A stretch of DNA of 64,000 nucleotides, taken from the NCBI RefSeq assembly GCF_030684315.1, contig NC_081387.1:4506497-4570496 (forward strand), in the 5' to 3' direction. A program made the position numbers and the translations under genes. This document shows, in pieces, positions 53,390 to 64,000 of the stretch (positions within the stretch are counted from its first letter, which is position 1; every line of letters starts with the position of its first letter). The stretch is from Stegostoma tigrinum. Its lineage: Eukaryota. Under the pieces are notes generated by a model. The model worked only from the letters and a program-made list of their open reading frames with translations, ran no database searches and was not told the DNA's origin.

Positions 53390-53909
53390 TAATAACCAGC
53401 TCCCAACACACACCACTCAACACCGGGAAATCAGTAAGAATCCTCACACACTCTGCTCCTCCCAGATAATTACACCTCACCTTCTCATATTCAGGAATGA
53501 TCCATCAACAAAACTCAGGCTGGAAATCAGGAGGGAAATGTTTCCAATAAACACACTCAATATCCAACACACAGCTCCAGTCAAACAGTTCAGCACAAAG
53601 CACCGAGTAAACAGCTCTCTCAGCTGGATCTTCTCACACAGCATAAGGGACATTTCCACCCCTGATTACCCACAGGACAGTCAGACTGCCTGAAGATTGG
53701 TGTGGATATTATGGGATACAATTTGTATAAAAGCTGCTCCTTCACTCACCATCTCCTCACTTGGCTTTCAGTCCCTATAGGAAGTGAACCAGCTCTGGAA
53801 GAGGAAGAGGATAGAATGGGCAGAGTGGGTGGGCTCTCTGATTGACGTCTCTCACAGCCAATCCAGATATTTCTGCAGCAACGTGAATTTCCGGAAGCTT
53901 GGGAAATTG
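53390..53909 (-). promoter_or_regulatory. Shared promoter/exon-1 cassette, copy E
   Basis: ATG 53752-53750 followed by gtgagt; CCAAT, CRE-like and ETS motifs intact. Confidence 0.7.
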
Positions 53910-54014
53910 GTAGGTTACTCTGACTCCTTCCTGACCGGCTTCCTCAATGTCCAAGTGTCCAAAAGGGAGCAATGAATTACATTTCCTTACAGTTCTGTGT
54001 CCATAACAGATAGA

Positions 54015-55900
54015 GTCATTGAAACATAGAGATATACAGCATGGAAACAGACCTTTCGGTCCAACTCGTCCACACTGATCAGATATACTAATCTAGCCCC
54101 GTTTGCCAGCATTTGACCCATAGCCCTCTAACCCTTCCTATTCATATACCTATCCCCATGTCTTTTAAATGTTGTAATTGTACCAGCCTCCACCATTTCC
54201 TCTGGCAGCTCCTTCCATACATCTACCGCACTCTTTGTGAAAAAGTTGCCCCCTGGGTGTCTGTTAAATCTTTTCCCTCTCATTTTAAACCTTTAGAGTC
54301 CCTCACACAGGGGAAGAGACCTTGCCTATTTACACTATTCATGCCCTCATGAATTTACAAGGTAACCCATCAGGCTCCCACATTGCAGGAAAAATAGCCC
54401 CAGCCTATTCAGCCTCTCCCTATAGTTCAAACCCTCCAACCCTGGTATCATCCTGGTAAATCTTTTCTGAATCATTTCAAGTTTCACAACATCTTTCGTA
54501 TAGCAGGGAGACCAGAATTGCATGCAATATTGCAATAGTGGCGTAACCAATGTCCTGTACAGCAGCAACTCAACCTCCCAACTCCTGCACTCAATGCACT
54601 GACCAATAAAAGCAAGCGTACCAAACACCTTCTTCACTATCCTATCTACCTGCAACTTCACTTTCAAGGATCTATGCACCTGTACGCTAAGGTCTCTTTG
54701 TTTGGCAACACACCCCAGGACCTCAACATTAATTGTATAAGTCCTGCCCTGATTTGCCTTTCTAAAATGCAGCGCCTCACGTCTATCTAAATTAAACTCC
54801 ACCTGCTACTCCTTAGCCTATTGGCCCATCTGATCAAGGTCCCATTGTAGTCTGAAGTAACCTTCACTGCCCACTACACCTCCAATTTTGGAATCATCTG
54901 CAAACTTACCAACCATACGTCCTGCATTCACATCCAAATCATTGAAATAAATGATGAAATGCAGTGGACCCAGCACCGATCCTTGTGGCACCCCAGTCGA
55001 CACAGGCCTCCAGTCTGAAAAGCAACCTTCCACCACCACCCTCTGTCTTCTACCTTTGAGCCATTCTGTATCTAAATGGCTAGTTCTCCCTGCGTTCCAT
55101 GTGATCTGACCCTGCTAACTTGTCAATCATGCAGAAGCTTGTCGAACACCTTGCTGAAGTCCATATAGATCACATCCAATGCTCTGTCTTTACCAATCCT
55201 CTTTGTTACTTCTTCAAAAAACTCGATCAAGTTCATGAGACATGATTTCCTACGCACAAAGCTCTGTTGACTATCCCTAATCCGTCCGTGCCTTTCAAAA
55301 TATGTATAAATCCTGTCCCTCAGGATTCCCTCAAACAACTTGCCCACCACTAATATCAGGCTCACTGGTCTATAGTTTCCTGGCTTTTCCTTACCACTTT
55401 TCTTAAATAGTGGCACCACGTTACCCAACCCCCAGTCTTCCAGCACCTCACCTGCAGCTATTGCTGATACAAATATCTCAACAAGGATCTGAGCATTCAC
55501 TTCCCTAGCCTTCCATAAAGTTCTCGGGCACACTTGATCAGGTCCTGGGGTTATCTACATTTATACATTTTAAGAGGTTCAGCAACACCTCCTCTGTAAT
55601 ATGGACATTTTTCAAATCTCCTCTTGTTCTTTATCTTCCATATTATTTCTCCACAGTAAACACTGATATGAAATACTTGTTTAGTACCTCCCCCATCTCT
55701 TGTGGTTCCACACACAGGTGGCCTTGCTGATCTTTAAGGAACCCTATTCTCTCCCTTGTTACTCTTTTGTTCACAATGTATTTGTAGAATCCTTTTGGAA
55801 TGTCCTTGACCCTTTTTGCCAAAGCTATCTAATGTCCCCTTTTTGCCCTGCTGATTTCCCTTTAAATTACAGTCCTACTACCTTACAAATTTGTTTCTCA
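54015..55900 (-). mobile_element. 5'-truncated CR1 LINE
   Basis: ORFs 55123-55533 (PGNYRPVSL, YMDFSKVFD), 54818-55039 (GVPQGSVLGP, FADD), 54347-54802. Confidence 0.92.
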
Positions 55901-55929
55901 ATTACCGTTGACTATTTGGTGACCTATAG

Positions 55930-56960
55930 TACAAAAAGAACAAAAGAACAAAACAGAAATACAGTACAGGAACAGGCCCTTCGGCACTCCAAGCCTGTGC
56001 CAATCATCATGTCCTAACTAATCTAAAAAACAAACTTTCTGCCCTTATTCGGTCCATGGCCCTCTATTCATGTAACCATCCAGATGCCTTGTTGAATGTT
56101 CCCAACATACCCATTTCCATCACTTCTTGTAGCAGTGCCTTCCAGGCTCCTACCACTCTCTGCATGAGAAACTTTCCTCACAAATCTCCCTTAAACTTTT
56201 GCCTTCTCACCTTGAACCTGTGCCCCCTCATAACTGAAACTTTAACCCTTGGAAAAAGCCAATGATTATCCACCCTATCTATGTCTCTCATAACTTTGTA
56301 GACCTCTTTCAGGACTCCTCTCAGCCACGGTCTTTCAAATGACAACAATCCTAGTCTTTTTAACCTTTCCTCATAGCCAATGCCCTCGAGATAGAGCAAC
56401 ATCCTGGTGAACATTCTCTCTACTATCTCCAAAGCTTTTACATCCTTCTGGCAATATGGTGACAAAAACTCTGCACAGTACTCCAAATGTGGCCTAACAG
56501 GGGTTTTATATAGGAATAACACGGTTTGCCAACTCTTGTACTCCATGCCCCAGCCGATGAAGGCAAGCATACTATATGCCTTCTTAATCATTTTGGCCAC
56601 CTGTGTTGCCACTTATGGCAACTCTGAACCTGCACACACAGTTCCGTCTGTGTGTTAATGTTCCTAAGGGTTCTGCATTTACAATATATTTCACACCTAC
56701 ATTTGATCCTCCAAGATGCATCACCTTGGATTTGTCTGGATTAAACTCCATCTGTCATTTCTGTGGCCAGGTCGCCAATCTATCTATATCCTGTTGTATC
56801 CTTTCACAATCGCCGGCACTATCAGCAACTCCACCAATCTTTGTGTCATTTGCAGACTTGCTAATTGGACCATCCCACATTTTTCTCCAGATCATTTATA
56901 TGTACTACAAACAACAGAGGACCTAAGACTCATCCCTGTATAACACCACTAGTTACAGTC
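55930..56960 (-). mobile_element. CR1 3' fragment, second subfamily
   Basis: ORF 56178-56612 (VRPHLEYC); (ttcttttg)n-like tail near 55930. Confidence 0.88.
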
Positions 56961-58149
56961 TCCATTCTGAAAAACACATTCTCTTTTTTTGTGTTTAAAA
57001 TTGAGATAACAGGTTTTCCCAAACCCTGCTTGTGAAGTCCAATTAAAAAATAACCAACAGTAAATTATTTAGAGTTAAAACAACGTAGAATTTATTACTG
57101 TATCCAAGATGCCATTGTGGGTGAGACTGTGTGGATGACAAGAGGAAAAAATGCAAATAGTTATAAATTATTTAAATAAGAGGTCTCAGAATTGTTTCAT
57201 ATGAATTACAGAGTATGATATTATCAATGTGGATGTTCTTTTTATTGTCTGTACAAAGCCGTTCCTTCCTTAACTAGCTCTGATACAGTTAAATTGTGTG
57301 TGAAAGTGCACCCCACTCTGTGGAAAGGCTGGATGAGATGGCACACAGGTGGGTCACCCTCTTCCCCTAGCAGCAGTGAAGACCATAACAACAAACCATG
57401 TCAGCCTGATCCACAGGTTAGCCTTCTGGCGAAATGCCCAATACTGTAGGAAGGTTAATTTCCTTTTCCACTCTGCCAGGAGAAGTGCTACCATATTCTC
57501 TCCAATACCTCACACTCTCTCTGCTAATGCATGCACTTCCCACAAAGGTAAATGCTCTACCTCTTTGACTCTCATCTGCAATATGTTCCACCACTCGCTG
57601 TCACAACCCCAATCCTCAACACTACTCATCCTGTATGAGCACTGTGTTGCCTTCTTACCTCGCTTGGAACACCACCCCACCTACACCAACAGTAAAAGCT
57701 GCGCCACCCATTTTCATCGCATCTTTTTCGTTTCAGGAGGAATGGGGCAAAATGGTGGGCAGCCTGTCTCAGAAAGGCCGCAGTGGCTGACTGACCAGCT
57801 TTGTGTCATCTCTGAATAGCACTGGACTGTCAGCCTGATATCTCTGTCTGAGGGGGCAAAGTGTAAAAGGACAAGGCAAGATCAGGAAGTTGCGACCATC
57901 CAGGGGCACTCAGAGTAAGTGAGCACTATTACAGCAAGCAAAGAGCCGGAGATGCAGCCTGACCCAGTAGATCAGCTGGATGTACATTGTCTTTGCTGCA
58001 ACATTACAACGAGAGCTGCCTGTGCATCCTGAGGGGCAGCACTGAAGTGCAGAAACATCTGTAAGTGGATCAGAGATATGCCACAGGGATTCTTAGAGGC
58101 TGATCGTTGTCAGTTACCAATATCTGTGGACATGAGGTGATATAGAAGG

Positions 58150-59230
58150 TACCCAAGGAGCATCTCGACAGGTTGTACCCAGTATCTGAAATGGAGGTCT
58201 TTTGGAGTGAGTAATGAGGTGACATTATTGAGTACTGACGCTGCAATTCATCTGGATAGGCTGCTTTCTACGGTGTATTTATAAAAATTGTAAGGATCTT
58301 TGGGCACATGCAGGATTTCCTTAGCCTCCTGAGGAAGGAGAGATATTATTGTGCTTTCTTGGCCATTGCACTGACATGGGTGGACCAGGACAGATTGTTG
58401 GCAATCATCACACCAGGAATGCGATGCTCTTGACCATTTCCACCTCAGCACCATTGATACAGACACAGGTGTGCCCTCCACCTTGCTTCCTGAAATCAAT
58501 GACCAGCTCCTTCATTTTGCTGATGCTGATAAAGAGATTACTGTCTTTACGCCATGTCTCTAAGCACTTAATCTTTTTCCTGTATTCTGCCTCATTATTC
58601 TTTGAGACCCAACCTATAACAGTCGAATCATCAGAAAACTTATAAATGGAGTTGGTGTGGAATTTGGCCACAAAGTTGTGTGTGTATAAGGATTATACTC
58701 AGGGCCTGAGTATGCAGCCCTGCAGCGCGCTGGTATTGGGGATGATGGTAGATGAGGTACTGTCACCTATTCCTACTGATTGTAGTCTATGGGTCAGGAA
58801 GATGACGATTCAGTTACAGAGGGGGAAGTTTAAGGATGAGTTAATTTGGAATTATACTGTTGAAGGCAGAGTTGTAAACAATAACTGGGAGCTTGGTGTG
58901 GGTGTCCTTGTTATCTAGATTTTCCAGAGATGTGTGTAGTGCCACCGAGATGGTATCTGCTATGCCTGTTTCGCCAGTAGATGAATTGCAAGGCAATTTG
59001 GGAGGCTGGAGTTGAAGAGAGCCATAACTAACCTCTTGAAGGACTTCATAATTATGGAGGTCAGACCCACTAGGCGGTAGTCATTGAGGCATGCTGCATG
59101 AGTTTTCTTTGGCACCAGGATGGTGGTAGTTTTCTTGAAACAGGTGGGGAGTTTAGATCGAAGACAGGTTAACCATGTCAGCAAATAATCCCATCAGCTG
59201 GTCCACGCAGCTGGGGACACTATCCAGGTC
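58150..59230 (-). mobile_element. Rex1/Babar-clade LINE RT fragment
   Basis: PTCFKKTTTILVPKK...CLNDYRLVGLTSIIMKSFKRLV and KFSDDSTVIG...KMKELVIDFRK. Confidence 0.8.
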
Positions 59231-60433
59231 AGTTGGACCTTTTGCTTCCTGCCTTCTGGGTATTACAATAGAAAACTCAGAATTCCACAGTAAGTTTCTG
59301 TCCATAATATACTGGTCAATGTCACTGTTGGCTGGGATACCTGCTGTATCAATGGGTTTATAATTTCCAGTTCAAAAGAAGCAGAATGTTTTCCAAAGGA
59401 AGAAAGACATATATTTACATAACAACTGTCACAAAAGTGCTTTACAACTCATTAAACACAGTCACTTTTTTGTGCACAGCAAGTTTTCATTACCTGCAAG
59501 GTTATTATGAATAGATAATATTCAAATGTTTTTGTGCCACCGATTTTCAGATCGATTCTCGCTTGCTACTGTCTTTGTTCTGGGATCTTGTAACTGTGAC
59601 AGGCAGTAAAGTCCTCAGTGTCAAGGAGAAGTGAAATTGATGGAGAACAGTGAGTCGACTCCAAAAGTGTGGAACAACCTAAATAGAGGATCCTGATATC
59701 CAGCAAAAACCAAAACATCCTAAATCCCACTGGCTCAGAACAACTATCTACTGTCAGAAAATCTCTGTTATCGGTATTGCTCAGTCAGACAGAGGCACAG
59801 TGCATTCTCCCACCAATAGATGTGCTGTGGCTGGAGGGATCCCAGTTTGCTCAGTCCTTATCCCAAATCACCATTCAATGACAATAAGGTCAGTAAAACA
59901 GGAGAGTCTTCACACTGATGTGTGTGTGTGTGACCTGGGTTAATCCAACACCCAGGGACAGTTGAGATGGAATGACTCTGTGTATCTCATCTCCCTAGCT
60001 ATTAACCTCCCTGCTCAGGGAAATAAGACTGAAACAATCCCATTAGCTGCCTCTGCCACTTCCCTCTCTTCCACTAATCCCCTGGACAAACATCAATTAA
60101 TGCTTCTCCAGCCCAAACCCTGAACGCACATAATTTTATAGTCTCTATCGATATGCTCTCTCTGAGCTTTTCTTCTCGAAGAAACATATGACCCATATCC
60201 CTCCTTGCTGTGCATGTGCTGATCCCTCTACTGCACATTATCGCTGCCTTGGATGCTGTGGGCCTTCCGCTTCTAATCTGCTGTCAAACACATACAAGGA
60301 TACACATCCCAGGCTGATGTTGTCGTTTGAAAGCCTCTGAGGATGAAGAGTGCTATTCCCACACTAGAAATCTCTGTCAAACATTTACCAGGGAACAGAG
60401 ATAGCAGCTGCAATAGGTGAGAGAGAGAGAGAG

Positions 60434-61975
60434 AGATAATGGGAACCGCAAATGCTGGAGAATCCAAGGTAATAAAATGTGACGCTGGATGAACACAGCA
60501 GGACAAGCAGCATCTCAGGACCACAAAAGCTGACGTTTCGGGCCTAGACCCTTCATCAGAGAGGGGGATGGGGAGAGGGAACTGGAATAAATAGGGAGAG
60601 AGGGGGAGGCGGACCAAAGATGGAGAGAAAAGAAGATAGGTGGAGAGGAGAGTATAGGTGGGGAGGCAGGGAGGGGATAGGTCAGTCCAGGGAAGACAGA
60701 CAGGTCAAGGAGGTGGGATGAGGTTAGTAGGTAGGAAATGGAGGTGCGGCTTGAGGTGGAAGGAAGAGATGGGTGAGAGGAAGAACAGGTTAGGGAGGCG
60801 GAGACAGGCTGGGCTGGTTTTGGGATGCAGTGGGGGGAAGGGACGAGCTGGGCTGGTAGTGTGATGCAGTGGGGGGAGGGGATGAACTGGGCTGGTTTTG
60901 GGATGCGGTGGGGGAAGGGGAGATTTTGAAGCTTGTGAAGTCCACATTGATACCATTGGGCTGCAGGGTTCCCAAGACACTGCAGGAGGCCCATGATGGA
61001 CATGTCGTCTAAAGAATGGGAGGGGGAGTTAAAATGGTTTGCGACTGGGAGGTGCAGTTGTTTATTGCGAACCGAGCAGAGGTGTTCTGCAAAGCGGTCC
61101 CCAAGCCTCCGCTTGGTTTCCCCAATGTAGAGGAAGCCACACCGGGTACAATGGATACAATATACCACATTGGCAGATGTGCAGGTGAACATCTGCTGAA
61201 TATGGAAAGTCATCTTGGGGCCTGGGATGGGGGTGAAGCAGGAGGTGTGGGGGCAAGTGTAGCACTTCCTGCGGTTGCCGGGGTAGGTGCCGGATGTGGT
61301 GGGGTTGGAGGGGAGTGTGGAGCGAATGAGGGAGTCACGGAGAGAGTGGTCTCTCCGGAAGGCAGACAAGGGTGGGGATGGAAAAATGTCTTGGGTGGTG
61401 GGGTCGGATTGTAGATGGCAGAAGTGTCGGAGGATGATGCGTTATATCTGGAGGTTGGTGGGGTGGTATGTGAGGACGAGGGGAATCCTCTTGGGGCGGT
61501 TGTGGCGGGGGCGGGGTGTGAGGGATGTGTTGCGGGAAATGCGGGAGACACGGTCAAGGGCGTTCTCGACCACTGTGGGGGGGAAAGTTGCGGTCCTTGA
61601 AGAACTTGGACATCTGGGATGTGTGGGAGTGGAATGCCTCATCGTGGGAGCAGATGTGGCGGAGGCGGAGGAATTGGGAATAGGGGATGGAATTTTTGCA
61701 GGAGGGTGGGTGGGAGGAGGTGTATTCTAGGTAGCTGTGGGAGTCGGTGGGCTTGTAATGGACATCAGTTACAAGCTGGTTGCCTGAGATGGAGGCTGAG
61801 AGGTCCAGGAAGGTGAGGGATGTGCTGGAGATGGCCCAGGTGAACTGAAGGTTGGGGTGGAAGATGTTGGCGAAGTGGATGAACTGTTCGAGCTCCTCTG
61901 GGGAGCAAGAGGCGGCGCCGATACAGTCATCAATGTACCGGAGGAGGAGGTGGGGTTTGGGGTCTGTGTAGGAAG
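60434..61975 (-). mobile_element. 5'-truncated Penelope-like element
   Basis: RT C-terminal/linker remnants and GIY-YIG (KCYTCPH...NVVYCIHCTRCGFLYIGETKRRLGDRFAEH) followed by terminal repeat. Confidence 0.92.
60532..60559 (-). ncRNA. Minimal hammerhead ribozyme
   Basis: Reverse complement is ctgatgaagggtctaggcccgaaacgtc. Confidence 0.75.
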
Positions 61976-62058
61976 AGGGAGGTTTTATTCAGATGGGACA
62001 ATGACAAGTTTAAATCTCCACCTGATCTGCTGCTCAAAGTCACCTCCATTTCACTGGT

Positions 62059-62600
62059 CAGTTTCCCAAGCTTCAGGAAACTCATGTTGCTGCAGAAATA
62101 TTTGGATTGGCTGTGAGAGACGTCAATCAGAGAGCCCACCCACTCTGCCCATTCTCTCCTCTTCCTCTTCCAGAGCTGGTTCACTTCCTTTAGGGACTGA
62201 AAACCAATTGAGGAGATGGTGAGTGAAGGAGCAGCTTTTATACAAATTGTATCCCATAATATCCACACCAATCTTCAGGCAGTCTGACTGTCCTGGGGGT
62301 AATCAGGGGTGGAAATGTCCCTTATGCTGTGTGAGAAGATCCAGCTGAGAGAGCTGTTTACTCAGTGCTTTGTGCTGAACTGTTTGACTGGAGCTGTGTG
62401 TTGGATATTGAGTGTGTTTATTGGAAGCATTTCCCTCCTGATTTCCAGCCTGAGTTTTGTTGATGGCTCATTCCTGAATATGAGAAGGTGAGGTGTAATT
62501 ATCTGGGAGGAGCAGAGTGTCTGAGGATTCTTACTGATTTCCTGTAGTTGAGCTCTGTGTATTTGGAGCTGGTTGTTATTTTTTGGACAGTGAATCGTCA
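62059..62600 (+). promoter_or_regulatory. Shared promoter/exon-1 cassette, copy F (its ZF exon presumably beyond the window)
   Basis: Dyad 62060-62082, gattggctg, gacgtcaatcag, cacttcct; ATG 62216-62218 followed by gtgagt; second donor-like site aag|gtgagg at 62487. Confidence 0.7.
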
Positions 62601-63269
62601 GTTCTCTCTGTGTGTTGGGATCTGGTTGTTGCTCTCTTTTCAAATTGCTCCCACAACCCTGTTTCTGTAACTTCCTCAGAAAAGAAAAAGATTTGTTTCA
62701 CGAAGTCAGCAGCCAATTGAAAATATTAGAAGTGTGATCACTATTGTCATGTCAGCCTTATCTTCCAACAGGTTCATTTTCCTCATCTCCTTTTCTTTAT
62801 TTTTTTCACTCCTGGGATGTGGGTGTCACTGGCTGGGTCAGCTTTAACTGCCCTTGAACTGAGTCAGATTGTCATTTTAGAGGGCAGTACGAATCAACCA
62901 TTTCATTCTGAGTATGGAGTCACGTTGGGAGAAACGTCTTACTTGAACAAACCTTTCTCAGTCATATATATTTTTACAGTCAATACATTGCAACAGTCAG
63001 GTCAGCTTTTGAATACCATCTGAAATGAGCACATGTCCCTCGGACATTCGTTTAGGTTGTGTGTTATTAGTCCAGTGACACTGCTGCGCTACTGCCTCCT
63101 GAGACTTGTTTCACTGAATCCTAACTTTGAGTGACTGTCAAAGCCCCTTCTCTGAATTTCCAGAGAAATTATGAACTGACTGCCTTCCTGGTGTCACCAG
63201 GATGATCCTCCTCGAGTATTTAGATTGTTGCAGGATGTGCCTATTTCTTTTATATTCACTCGGACGATG

Positions 63270-64000
63270 GGGTCATCGGCTGGCAAGCATTTGCTGCCCA
63301 TCTTCAGTTCCCTTGAGAAGACGATGATGAGCTGACTTATTGAACCGCTGCAGTCCATGTGCCGTAGTTTGACCCACAATGCTGTTAGGGAGGGAATTCT
63401 GATATTTTGACCCAGTGACAGTGAAGGAACAGTGATGTATTTCCAAGTCAGGATGGTGAGTGATTTGGAGGGGCACTTGTAGTTGGTTGTGTTCCCATAT
63501 ATCTGCTGCCTTTGTCCTTCTTAGGTTCTTTGATGAATTTCTTCAGTGCATCTTACAGGCAGTACACTCTGATGCTGCTGAACACTAGTAATGGAGAGGT
63601 TGGAAGCTTGTGGATGTGGTGTTATTCAAGGTGTTGCATGTTGTTGGGGCTGCATCCATCCAGGCAGCTGGGGAATATTCTATCACACACCATCTTGTGC
63701 CTTGTACATGGTGGACAGGCTTTGAGCAGTCACGAGGTGAGTTACTCGACATGGTATTCCTAGCTTCCTACTTGCTCTTGTAGCCAGTGTTGATGTGTTG
63801 TCAATGATAATCTCCGGGGTGTAGAGCAGCTCCAACTCATTTGGACTATTGTGTGCAGTTTTGGTTGCCACACTACCAGAAGAGAGTTTTCCTCTGATTC
63901 CCATTAATTCCACTGTTGCCAAAGCTCCTTGACGCCACACTTGATTGAATATGGCCTTGATGTAAAGAGCTGTCACTCTCACCTGACCTCTGGAATTCAG
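63270..64000 (-). mobile_element. L2-like LINE fragment
   Basis: RVTALYIKAIFNQVWRQGAL (RT motif) plus 3' tail shared with the SINEs. Confidence 0.75.

Noticed and set aside
60515-61369. 284-aa ORF as a cellular gene
   Set aside because: PLE GIY-YIG fragment that runs, after a deletion, into the C/T-rich terminal repeat

Overview
Vertebrate genomic DNA, most likely a cartilaginous fish (shark), inferred from HE1-type V-SINEs and the CR1/L2/Penelope repeat families. The window is a TE-saturated tandem cluster of C2H2 zinc-finger genes. On the minus strand there are three intact ZF-only ORFs (10-11 intact fingers each), one multi-stop pseudogene and one orphan truncated ZF exon; the 5' end of a sixth, divergently oriented gene lies on the plus strand. 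Five units share a nearly identical ~0.55-kb promoter/exon-1 cassette (dyad, CCAAT, CRE-like and ETS motifs, exon ending ATG|gtgagt), while their ZF exons are strongly diverged, lack any visible KRAB/SCAN/BTB domain and start at an ATG inside a TGEKP-type linker. Spacers hold CR1, L2-like and Rex1/Babar LINEs, SINEs, Gypsy and retrovirus-like fossils, and many Penelope-like elements (PLEs) whose terminal repeats carry minimal hammerhead ribozymes, including short fold-back derivatives with target-site duplications (TSDs). All calls are by eye; identities are estimates and splice models are unverified.
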